Source: a virus
Taxonomy: Duplodnaviria; Heunggongvirae; Uroviricota; Caudoviricetes
DNA: 64,000 nt
Virus record (IMG/VR): IMGVR_UViG_3300032007_000003
Coordinates: 64,001-128,000 of that record
Strand: one strand, 5' to 3'
Part shown: piece after piece, positions 1-8,354 of the stretch
Layout of the letters: each line of letters starts with the position of its first letter
Position numbering within the stretch: position 1 is the first letter of the stretch
The notes under the pieces: model-generated
Database searches by the model: none
Seen by the model: only the letters and a program-made list of their open reading frames with translations
What the model was told of the DNA's origin: nothing
Made by a program: the position numbers and the translations under genes

Positions 1-429
1 GGACACACATACAAGTTTGGACAGAAAACCTCTCAGAGCGAAGATAAAGTGGCTTATTCGAGCTGTATTGGCGAATTATCTGACATTAATGGCAGCAGTG
101 AGACAGTTGATGGGTTTATAAGCAAGTTTGCACAACAGAAACAGTTCTTGGAACTTGTTGAATTTAATTTGGATACCTCTGAGGAAGAATTTGAAACTGA
201 ATTATCTTTGTGGTCTAGGGAGCATGCTAGCATTAACAAATATAAGGATAAGTTAGGAGAGGATTGGGTATTGGCAAAAGAGCCAAAGAGAAATTTAAAG
301 GTACAATTTAAGAACAATGCGAATCAAGATACTTATGCAGTATTGGAAGATTGCAGAATAATGGATATTATTGATGGTAATACATTTGTGTTGTTTATTG
401 AGAGAATAACATTGGTAGATAAAATATAA
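1..429 (+). CDS. hypothetical protein, 5'-truncated (frame open from base 1)
   Basis: ORF track 49..429 uses GTG, but the same frame has no stop back to position 1. Confidence 0.6.
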   Translation, partial: GHTYKFGQKTSQSEDKVAYSSCIGELSDINGSSETVDGFISKFAQQKQFLELVEFNLDTSEEEFETELSLWSREHASINKYKDKLGEDWVLAKEPKRNLKVQFKNNANQDTYAVLEDCRIMDIIDGNTFVLFIERITLVDKI

Positions 430-433
430 TAGA

Positions 434-1759
434 ATGGCAAAGAAGAAATTAACACAAGAGCAAGAGAATGAAATTAAGACTCTTCTTGCAAACAATGAAA
501 TGCTTGAAAAGACCAAGAAGGAAGCTGAAAAGAGAGGCAATAAGAATTCCGTTCAGCAGATTGAGAGGGCGCAGCAAGAGGTTATAGACCATATTAGCAT
601 GATTGACCCAAGCGCAATATCAAATGCTCCACGTAAGACATCTTTGAGTTCAAATAAGAAAGTAATAAAACAAGACAACTTATTTGATACTGACATGTCA
701 ATTTTTGACATTTTAGAGGAAAACGAGAAGAACAAGCAAGACTTGGTTGAAAGTCAAATCAAAGAAGAGATAGAACAAGAGGTTTCTTGGAGTGCTGATG
801 ATTTAGTTCCAAGTGAGACAACAATTGCCACAGAGACAACCTTCAATGATATTGACCCATCAATTCAATATGATGTAATTCAATTGCCAAGTAACGGTCA
901 ATGTTATAGAAACAAAATGGATAGATTGCCAGTGGCTTATTTGACAGCATATGATGAGAATATCATTATGTCACCAAACTTGTATAAGGATGGACTTGTT
1001 ATTGATTTCTTGCTTAAGAATAAGATTATGAATAAGGAAATCAATGTTGATGACCTTGTTAGTGGCGATATTGACGCAATTGTTTTGTTCTTGAGAGCAA
1101 CTAGCTACGGTCCAGATTTTCCAATTGTTGTGGCTGACCCAGAAACAGGAGAACAGATTGAGACAACTGTTGACCTTACAACATTGAAACCAAAGGAGTT
1201 TAAGCTTGTTGGTGATGAGAATGGTTGGTTTGAATATATTACACCAATTAAAAAGGATACAATTAAATTCCGTTATCTCACTAGAAAACAAGAGAAACAG
1301 CTTAAGAAGGTCACTGAGCTTGAAAGCATAGGAACAAAGGCATTTATGCTTAATGAGGAAAAGGAAACCCTTTTAGCTGCATTAGTTGGTGATGAATATA
1401 TTGCCGAGAATGATAAGAAGGTAATTAAGGCTGCAACATCTGTCATTGAAAGATGGACTGAAAAACTTAAGAAAGTTAATGAATCCAAGTTTACAAAGAT
1501 TATGACAAATGCAATGCAGTTGCAGATTGTGGCTGTTAATGGAAACACTGATAGGGAATTCATCAGAAAGTATATTAATATGATGCCAGCTAGAGATTCA
1601 TTGATGTTGAGAAAATATATAAATGACAATAGACCTGGAATTGACTTTAATATCGAGGTTCAGAGACCAGAGAGTCTTGGAGGTGGCTCGTTTAAGACCT
1701 TTCTTAACTGGGACGATTCTGTTTTCCTCAATATCTCCGATGGCAGAGAGGAATCTTAA
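434..1759 (+). CDS. T4 gp26-like baseplate hub / tail assembly chaperone
   Basis: Motifs YDVIQLPSNG, YLTAYDENII, GDIDAIVLFLRATSYG and DPETGEQIETTVDL resemble the gp26 family; lies upstream of the tape measure gene. Confidence 0.65.
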   Translation: MAKKKLTQEQENEIKTLLANNEMLEKTKKEAEKRGNKNSVQQIERAQQEVIDHISMIDPSAISNAPRKTSLSSNKKVIKQDNLFDTDMSIFDILEENEKNKQDLVESQIKEEIEQEVSWSADDLVPSETTIATETTFNDIDPSIQYDVIQLPSNGQCYRNKMDRLPVAYLTAYDENIIMSPNLYKDGLVIDFLLKNKIMNKEINVDDLVSGDIDAIVLFLRATSYGPDFPIVVADPETGEQIETTVDLTTLKPKEFKLVGDENGWFEYITPIKKDTIKFRYLTRKQEKQLKKVTELESIGTKAFMLNEEKETLLAALVGDEYIAENDKKVIKAATSVIERWTEKLKKVNESKFTKIMTNAMQLQIVAVNGNTDREFIRKYINMMPARDSLMLRKYINDNRPGIDFNIEVQRPESLGGGSFKTFLNWDDSVFLNISDGREES

Positions 1760-1991
1760 AGATGAGTTATTCGCTTGTCACATGTATGTTAAGATTCCAT
1801 ATGAGGCGTTGATGAAGATGCCAGTGATGGATAGGAAATACTACATACATAAGTACAATGAATACATGGAGGCTAGAAATGAGGCAATGAGTGGAAATGA
1901 AGGTGGGTCATCCTCACATGATATTTCCAAATTCACAAGCATGAGTCAAGGACTCGATGGCGATGATATTGCAGAAGAAATGGGGTTATAA
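1740..1991 (+). CDS. T4 gp51-like chaperone partner, possibly the frameshifted extension of the upstream ORF
   Basis: IPYEALMKMPVMDRKYYI resembles the gp51 / tail-chaperone-T motif; +1 frame overlaps the end of 434..1759 and is open from 1623. Confidence 0.55.
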   Translation: MAERNLKDELFACHMYVKIPYEALMKMPVMDRKYYIHKYNEYMEARNEAMSGNEGGSSSHDISKFTSMSQGLDGDDIAEEMGL

Positions 1992-2020
1992 AAATAAAAT
2001 CATAAATATTTTACAATATA

Positions 2021-2245
2021 ATGAAACAAGCAATAAACCAAGATAATACTAGTAGAATAACTGAGGTAATACAAATTGGAAAAGAGGTTATTTTCCATAT
2101 GAGAGAGGGAATTGACGGAAGACATTTGGGAACATTCTTATGCGGAACGCAAGAAATGGCTGATTTTGATTTTGAAGAACTTGTTAAGGAAAATAATCTA
2201 AAAATAATAAACAATGGTGAATGGAAAAGCGAGAATCTTTGTTGA
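2021..2245 (+). CDS. hypothetical protein
   Basis: 74-aa ORF followed by a terminator. Confidence 0.5.
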   Translation: MKQAINQDNTSRITEVIQIGKEVIFHMREGIDGRHLGTFLCGTQEMADFDFEELVKENNLKIINNGEWKSENLC

Positions 2246-2262
2246 CTCTCGCTTTTTTTTTT
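2225..2262. terminator. bidirectional intrinsic terminator
   Basis: AAAAGCGAGA...TCTCGC followed by a T-run, between convergent genes. Confidence 0.75.
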
Positions 2263-2267
2263 CTTTA

Positions 2268-3269
2268 TTAAGAATTCGCAAATGCATAATCATGAGCTTT
2301 CTTAAGTTTCTCAGCAATTTCAATTCCATATTCGGAAAGGTCAATGCCATATTCATCAGCCATTTTCAAATCATCAATACTGACATTTAAATCTTTTCGT
2401 TTGGCGATAATCTTAAGTGCTTCAAAACTCTCATTTTCAATGCAATTTTCAATCAAGCTACCAAATATGTCATCACAAATATTAACATCAACATCTTTTC
2501 TTTCAGAAAGTATTGTAGTAAGCCACACTGAATTGTATTGACAAGCAATACAGATTGGTGTCATATTAGAGATATCTTTTTTATTTAAGTCAGTCTTTGA
2601 ATTGTTTAAAATAGCAATAATTATTTCTTTATAATGATTACATAACGATTCATTTGCTTGAACTTCATCATTGGCGAAGAATAAAATCATATGATGTAGA
2701 AGTGATTCTCCAAATCCATTATCACTATTTGGATTAAAATTTGGATGATTTATAATAGAAATAGCTAATTTTGTCATATTGTGGTTTACTGCTTGTATAA
2801 GCAAAGGAGAATAATAATAAAAATTGACATCCATATCTTTATTATTTTCAATAATATCAAGAGCTAAGTTTTCTTCTCCATTCCAAATGTGCATTAGACA
2901 AACTGTTTCTGATGTTTGTTCCTCGTGTTCCAATTGTTTCATCCTTACATTTGAAGAAATATTAGTTATGTCAATTTCAATTGTATCGTCACAACACATT
3001 TTTATTTTACCCTCAAAATACAATAATGCGGTCATATCAATGTTTTTGACCACTTCGTCATAATTTTCAATCTTACCTTTACGAATATAACAAGGAATGC
3101 AGTAGTTATCTTCTCGTACAATAACTCTTTTTACTGTACCATTCTTTTTACCTTCACATTCAGACCAATCAATGAGTGATTCTACTTCACCGATAAAATG
3201 TACTTCATTACCATTTTTAACTTCTCGACTTGTAATAATGTCCTTAATTGTTTTAATTTTCATATGCAT
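2268..3269 (-). CDS. ankyrin-repeat protein with OB-fold-like N-terminus
   Basis: Ankyrin-like units (DVNFYYYSPLLIQAV, GESLLHHM, DLNKKDISNMTPICIAC, DVNICDD); N-terminal beta-rich VHFIGEV...LYFEGKI. Confidence 0.65.
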   Translation of the reverse strand: MHMKIKTIKDIITSREVKNGNEVHFIGEVESLIDWSECEGKKNGTVKRVIVREDNYCIPCYIRKGKIENYDEVVKNIDMTALLYFEGKIKMCCDDTIEIDITNISSNVRMKQLEHEEQTSETVCLMHIWNGEENLALDIIENNKDMDVNFYYYSPLLIQAVNHNMTKLAISIINHPNFNPNSDNGFGESLLHHMILFFANDEVQANESLCNHYKEIIIAILNNSKTDLNKKDISNMTPICIACQYNSVWLTTILSERKDVDVNICDDIFGSLIENCIENESFEALKIIAKRKDLNVSIDDLKMADEYGIDLSEYGIEIAEKLKKAHDYAFANS

Positions 3270-3295
3270 TGCTTTTAATTAATATATTTGTGGTG

Positions 3296-3326
3296 TAAAG
3301 ATACGAAAAAAAATTGGAATAACAAA
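3296..3326 (-). promoter_or_regulatory. Bacteroidota-type primary sigma promoter (-33 TTTG / -7 TATCTTTA)
   Basis: Minus strand TTTG-N19-TATCTTTA upstream of the ankyrin gene. Confidence 0.65.
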
Positions 3327-3360
3327 GAAAATTAATACTAATTAACAAAGAAAAAAACGC

Positions 3361-3999
3361 TCAAGGGTTTCCTTGGGCGTTTGCTTTTATCTGATTATAT
3401 TCTCTATTTAAGTTGCTTATATAATTCCCTAATGCATCATATATTATATTGCTGTATTGGGATATTTCATTTGGATATTTATTTGTTAGGTCTTGATATC
3501 TTAGCGATATCTGTGACAAGTTTCTAAGTGAATCTGCCAATTTAACACTTGGCACATTATTGGGGTTATTAGTATTGGTATTGCCGTTTGTGTTACCATT
3601 TGATTTACCGTTTACACCATTGCCAACATATCCCCTCTTGTATAGATTTCTTCTAGCCCAATTTGCACCCTTATAAAGACCATTCTCAAAGTCATTCCAT
3701 AGATTACCTCCCAATTCCGCTGGATATTGCACACCATAATCAGATAGTCTGAAATCCTCATTCAGACTATTTGCTTTAACACATTTGTCAATTCCAAATA
3801 CAACTTGAAGAATATATGTGCATATGTCATTCAAAAACGCATCCACTTCCTTATTGTTACAATATCCAATATTCCTTAAGTCAGAAACACATTTCTGCAA
3901 TGGTTGAATGTATTTTGACAATGGAGAAACATCTATTGCTTCAGATAATATCAATCTGTTTATTTCTTCTCTTATAATTCTTTTGTAATTAATACCCAT
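3361..3999 (-). CDS. hypothetical late protein with N-terminal KRIIREEINRLILSE tag
   Basis: 212-aa ORF; ATATTTATA motif on the minus strand at 4019-4027. Confidence 0.6.
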   Translation of the reverse strand: MGINYKRIIREEINRLILSEAIDVSPLSKYIQPLQKCVSDLRNIGYCNNKEVDAFLNDICTYILQVVFGIDKCVKANSLNEDFRLSDYGVQYPAELGGNLWNDFENGLYKGANWARRNLYKRGYVGNGVNGKSNGNTNGNTNTNNPNNVPSVKLADSLRNLSQISLRYQDLTNKYPNEISQYSNIIYDALGNYISNLNREYNQIKANAQGNP

Positions 4000-4038
4000 A
4001 AACTGTTTTTTATTTATGTATAAATATCAAGATAAAAG

Positions 4039-4065
4039 AAAAAGAGCAAACACGTGTTTGCTCTT
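4039..4065 (-). terminator. intrinsic terminator
   Basis: Perfect inverted repeat AAGAGCAAACAC/GTGTTTGCTCTT with a T-run on the minus strand. Confidence 0.7.
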
Positions 4066-4114
4066 GTATTAGTTCTTATTACGAATTGTAACCATAGTTT
4101 AATATTTTTTAAAA

Positions 4115-4603
4115 TTATAATGAGAATTCCTTTTTATTATCGCCTCTTATAAATTTGTACATTGGATTGCAATCTTTTACACAATCTGAAAGATAACCAT
4201 TCATAAGATGCGACCATGTTATTTTATTGTTTTCAACTGTGAATGCCACGACACAAGCATTGTTTGTTGAGAATTCTTTGGTGAAATCAAACGCAATATA
4301 CTGTTGGTTTTTACCATTTTTTGTATATCTTTTGTAAGATATTTCAGCGAATTCTCCCCAATTACGATTAGTTTTTGGTACACAATAGCACCAATGGCAA
4401 GCAGAGTTGTTATTTTCGCCTTTCTTTAGAGACTTGATAGAAACAAACAGTTCTCTGAATGGTTCAACTGAAAATGTCTGTACTATAAGTAAACTTGGTT
4501 CGTCCTTGACTATCTTACACGTCTTCTGTGGCAATTGAGCAATTAATTCTTTAATCTTATTATAACTCCAATTCTCTTTACAAATTTTATTCATTGTATT
4601 CAT
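4115..4603 (-). CDS. hypothetical protein
   Basis: 162-aa ORF with HWC motif, in an operon with the SprT gene. Confidence 0.6.
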   Translation of the reverse strand: MNTMNKICKENWSYNKIKELIAQLPQKTCKIVKDEPSLLIVQTFSVEPFRELFVSIKSLKKGENNNSACHWCYCVPKTNRNWGEFAEISYKRYTKNGKNQQYIAFDFTKEFSTNNACVVAFTVENNKITWSHLMNGYLSDCVKDCNPMYKFIRGDNKKEFSL

Positions 4604-4608
4604 ATTTT

Positions 4609-5025
4609 TTAAAATAAAGTTGATATTGTAAACATTAATTTTGATTTTCCCTTTTTAATATTATATGGTGTGAGGTCAATCGTTGGTGTGATATTCATAC
4701 CATATTTTCTATTGAAATCATTAGTCATTCTCTTGAATTCAGTTCCATGACTACATTGTGGGTCGATTCCCATATAAGCGAGATAATAATGAATCATTTC
4801 GTGTACAAGAATGTCCCTTAGCTGAGATTCAGTGTAATCATAACTATCACTTAACTCAATGGTTTGATTAAACATATATCCATCTTCATCATACTCACAA
4901 GAGAAAAATCCCAATGTTCTGTATGAATGTCTAACCTTGAAATTCGGTGCTGGCAACTCATTGCCAAAGTATTCAAAGTTATAAAGATGAAAAGATATAT
5001 AAATCGTATCTCTAGTAATCTCCAT
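4609..5025 (-). CDS. SprT-like zinc metalloprotease
   Basis: FNxxYFxxxLP-like start, ILVHEMIH (HExxH) and HGxEF; ATG at 5025 preferred over 5034. Confidence 0.85.
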   Translation of the reverse strand: MEITRDTIYISFHLYNFEYFGNELPAPNFKVRHSYRTLGFFSCEYDEDGYMFNQTIELSDSYDYTESQLRDILVHEMIHYYLAYMGIDPQCSHGTEFKRMTNDFNRKYGMNITPTIDLTPYNIKKGKSKLMFTISTLF

Positions 5026-5030
5026 GATAA

Positions 5031-5180
5031 TCAACAGTATTTACCAATTAGATATAATCCTACAATTACAATTACAAGTCCAATGATAGTCCCAAGGACT
5101 CTTCCAATTAATGCTTGAATGTACTCCCAAAAGGAGTTGTATTCCCAAATAAATCCCCCCCATTCTTCGTAAAATCTCAT
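5031..5180 (-). CDS. small membrane protein (49 aa, not in ORF track)
   Basis: MRFYEEWGGFIWEYNSFWEYIQALIGRVLGTIIGLVIVIVGLYLIGKYC with a hydrophobic C-terminal helix; directly after a host-type promoter. Confidence 0.6.
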   Translation of the reverse strand: MRFYEEWGGFIWEYNSFWEYIQALIGRVLGTIIGLVIVIVGLYLIGKYC

Positions 5181-5205
5181 AACCTTTATTTTTTTAATTC
5201 TGATG

Positions 5206-5236
5206 CAAAGATACGAAATAATTTTGAAATGACAAA
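5206..5236 (-). promoter_or_regulatory. Bacteroidota-type primary sigma promoter
   Basis: Minus strand TTTG-N19-TATCTTTG. Confidence 0.75.
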
Positions 5237-5265
5237 GAAATAAATGTTAAAAAATGATAAATATC

Positions 5266-5274
5266 ATATTTATA
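5266..5274 (+). promoter_or_regulatory. putative phage late promoter ATATTTATA
   Basis: Motif recurs about 10-35 nt upstream of many late genes; here upstream of the tape measure gene. Confidence 0.6.
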
Positions 5275-5300
5275 GATAATTTAAATAGGTAATCGATTAG

Positions 5301-8300
5301 ATGAATACATTATTAGCTAATACTTTAATAGCCACAGCTGGTATCATACGTGGCACTCTTGCAAGTGCCTTAAACTACCTTAATACCCTCATAAAGAGTG
5401 GTACTGATAGTGCTATGCAGTTCCATAAAGAAGGTATTGCATTTGCACGTGAAATGGGTATGAATGCCAAGGAAGCCCAAGCTTATACGGAGGTATTGAC
5501 TGACCGCACTGAGAGGCTTGCGATGAAATATGGTGTTGCTGCCGAACAAGTCAAGGAACTACAAAGGAATATCTCTGTTGCGACTAGCAGACAGTTGATG
5601 CTCAATGAGTCTCAAGCTGAGGGTTTCTTACAGTTAAACAAGCTTGTTGGGTCTAGTACAGTAACCAAGTTCACTGAACAGATGATGAATGGTATGGGTG
5701 GACAACTCGATACTGTTCAAGGTGCTGTGTCTAAGGCTTATGCTACTGCTGCAAAGAGTGGTCTTAATGCTCAGAAGGTTAGTGAAAAGATTGCCAATAA
5801 CCTAAATATGGCAAACAAGCTTTCATTCCGTACTGGTATTGAAGGACTTACTCGCATGGCAATGCAAGCTGAGAAGGTTGGATTAAGTCTTAACTCTGTT
5901 GAATCAGCAGCCAATGCATTCATGGAAATTGACGATGCAATACAAGCATCAGCAAAATTGAATATGCTTGGTGGACAATTCGCAATGCTTGGTGGAAATC
6001 CACTTGATATGGCATACGAAGCAAATGCTGACCCAGAAGCATTCCAGAAGAGACTTATAGGAATGGCTCAAGGTGCTGCCAAGTTCGATGCTCAAAAGGG
6101 AATTGCAACAGTTGACCCAATGATGATGGATATGTTGAGGAATGCTGCAAAGGCAATGAACTTGAATCCAGATGAATTGGTCGGTAGCGCAAAGAAACAA
6201 GCATCAAATGCATATAAGGAAAGTAATATAAGTTCAAGCATAATGAATGGACTTACCAAAGAACAACAAGACTTCTTAATTAATAAGTCAAATGTTGCAA
6301 ATGGTAAGGTTATGTTTACAACAATTGGAGGTAAGGAAGTTGACTTAAGTAGTGGTGGAACTATTGATAAAGCTGTTCTTGAGGAAATGATGAAATACCA
6401 AGGCATGTCTGACCGTGACATCATGGAAGAAAATGCTAGAAGTCTTTCATCAATTAATGAGATATTGACTGGAATTAAGGAGTCTATTAAGGCAATGTTC
6501 GCTAAATTTGTTGAAGGGCTTTTCCCTAAAATGCAGGGGGACTTAAAACAATTTGGGGCTTGGGCTAAAAACAAGTTAGAACCTTTGGCAAAGAATGTTG
6601 GTGAATCTGTTCGTAGTGCTTATGATTGGCTTAAAGAACACAAAGAACCAATTAAGTCGCTTATAAGTCATGTGATAGGTTTTCTTAAATTTGCAACAGA
6701 ACATTGGAAAATACTACTTAGTGTTTTAGCTGCAAAGAAACTATTCGGGATGGCTAATAACCTAGGAATAGGTAAGGGACTTGGAGGAAAGGCTGCTAGA
6801 GGGGCTGCTAAAGGTATCGGTAATTTATTTACAAAAGGTAAAAACTTAGTGACATCTCGTGGTTTTTGGGATGTTCTTTTAGGGAGACAGCATAAAAATA
6901 CTGCTGGTAGATGGGTAAACTCTAAGGGTAGATTTATTTCAAATAAACTAGCTAATATTGGCAAATTTGCAAAAGTTGGTGGGGCTATGGCTGGAGTTGG
7001 CTTAGCCGCATTCCAAGGTATTGGTGCTTGGAATGCTCGTGCAGAAGAGGCTGAAAGAATTAGAAATTCAAATATGTCTGACGTTGATAAAGCCAAAGCG
7101 CTAGAACAGAATAGAATTGATAGAAATAGTGAAGTTGGTGGTGCTGTTGGGCAAGGAGTAGGTTCTATTTTAGGCACAATCTTCTTTGGACCTCTTGGTG
7201 GTATGATTGGTGGAGCAGTTGGAAAATTTGCTGGTGAGTTTATTGGCAAATATTGGGACCCAATATTTGATGGCTTGAAGAGCTTTGGAAAAACAGTTCT
7301 AAATGGCGTTAAATGGCTTGTTGATAATAATCCAATATCTTGGATGGTTAGAGGCATAGGCGAATTATTTGGTAAAGATTGGTCTCCAACAAAACTCATT
7401 GGTGATATGTTTAGCGGTAGCGAAAAACATGCTGAAGGTGGTGTTATTGGAGGAAACTCATACAGTGGTGATAAAGTGCCAATATTGGCAAATAGTGGTG
7501 AGGCTGTAATCACTCCACAACAATTCAATGCTGTATTTGGTGAAACAAATAATAAAAACTTCTATAATAGCACTTGGAACAATAGAAACGTATCATCTAC
7601 TATAATGCCACAGAATACAAGTACAACTACTAATTTAACTAATAATAGTAATGTTTGGAATAACAGTAGTGCCTTATCTACTGTGATGCCGCAGAGTACT
7701 ACTAATTCGGCTAATAGTAATGTTTGGAATAACAGTAGTGCCTTATCTACTGTGATGCCGCAGAGTACTACTAATTCGGCTAATAGTAATGTTTGGAATA
7801 ACAGTAGTGCCTTATCTACTGTGATGCCGCAGAATACAAGTACAACTACTAACTTAACTAAAAATAGTACTTTGAATAACAGTAGTGTCTTATCTACTGT
7901 GATGCCGCAGAGTACTACTAATTCGGCTAATAGTAATGTTTGGAATAACAGTAGTGTCTTATCTACTGTGATGCCGCAGAGTACAGATATAATTAAGCCA
8001 AAGAATTCTCTTGGGGAGGCTGAATATATTTATAAACCAAATAGGACTGAGATATCAAATATAAATGGTAACACAGTAACAGTTAAAGACTTCAATATCA
8101 ATATAAATGGAACATTAAAACTTGATGCTGGAACTTATTCTAAGTCTATTAATGGTCGTGACTTACTTAACGACTATGCATTTATGACTCAGATTAAGAA
8201 CATGATTAGAGAGTCTATTAACAGAGATATTAATGGCGGTATGTTATCTAATGACCTTGCAACAGTCAATGGTTATCCAGCACAGACAAGTATGTATGGT

Positions 8301-8315
8301 AAGATAAAGCATTAA
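5301..8315 (+). CDS. tail tape measure protein
   Basis: Long Ala/Gly-rich helical protein with Gly-rich hydrophobic segments and HAEGGVIGG...DKVPILANSGEAVI motif; located between chaperone and baseplate genes. Confidence 0.8.
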   Translation: MNTLLANTLIATAGIIRGTLASALNYLNTLIKSGTDSAMQFHKEGIAFAREMGMNAKEAQAYTEVLTDRTERLAMKYGVAAEQVKELQRNISVATSRQLMLNESQAEGFLQLNKLVGSSTVTKFTEQMMNGMGGQLDTVQGAVSKAYATAAKSGLNAQKVSEKIANNLNMANKLSFRTGIEGLTRMAMQAEKVGLSLNSVESAANAFMEIDDAIQASAKLNMLGGQFAMLGGNPLDMAYEANADPEAFQKRLIGMAQGAAKFDAQKGIATVDPMMMDMLRNAAKAMNLNPDELVGSAKKQASNAYKESNISSSIMNGLTKEQQDFLINKSNVANGKVMFTTIGGKEVDLSSGGTIDKAVLEEMMKYQGMSDRDIMEENARSLSSINEILTGIKESIKAMFAKFVEGLFPKMQGDLKQFGAWAKNKLEPLAKNVGESVRSAYDWLKEHKEPIKSLISHVIGFLKFATEHWKILLSVLAAKKLFGMANNLGIGKGLGGKAARGAAKGIGNLFTKGKNLVTSRGFWDVLLGRQHKNTAGRWVNSKGRFISNKLANIGKFAKVGGAMAGVGLAAFQGIGAWNARAEEAERIRNSNMSDVDKAKALEQNRIDRNSEVGGAVGQGVGSILGTIFFGPLGGMIGGAVGKFAGEFIGKYWDPIFDGLKSFGKTVLNGVKWLVDNNPISWMVRGIGELFGKDWSPTKLIGDMFSGSEKHAEGGVIGGNSYSGDKVPILANSGEAVITPQQFNAVFGETNNKNFYNSTWNNRNVSSTIMPQNTSTTTNLTNNSNVWNNSSALSTVMPQSTTNSANSNVWNNSSALSTVMPQSTTNSANSNVWNNSSALSTVMPQNTSTTTNLTKNSTLNNSSVLSTVMPQSTTNSANSNVWNNSSVLSTVMPQSTDIIKPKNSLGEAEYIYKPNRTEISNINGNTVTVKDFNININGTLKLDAGTYSKSINGRDLLNDYAFMTQIKNMIRESINRDINGGMLSNDLATVNGYPAQTSMYGKIKH
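7578..7979 (+). repeat. in-frame tandem repeat (36-bp core, periods 81/69/69/78/69 bp)
   Basis: Core AATAACAGTAGTG(C/T)CTTATCTACTGTGATGCCGCAG at 7659, 7728, 7797, 7875 and 7944, with a degenerate copy at 7578. Confidence 0.95.
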
Positions 8316-8354
8316 GCGTTTAAATAAAACAAAATATAGATTATATTTTATAGT

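Noticed and set aside
6092-7528. Long antisense ORFs (160 and 286 aa) opposite the tape measure gene, and similar ones at 19941-20710, 37767-38216 and 60783-63986
   Set aside because: Shadow frames of strongly biased coding sequence, with no promoter or recognisable motifs
7578-7979. CRISPR array (36-bp palindromic repeats with 33-42-bp spacers)
   Set aside because: The spacers are copies of each other, every period is a multiple of 3 inside an intact gene, and no leader or cas gene is visible
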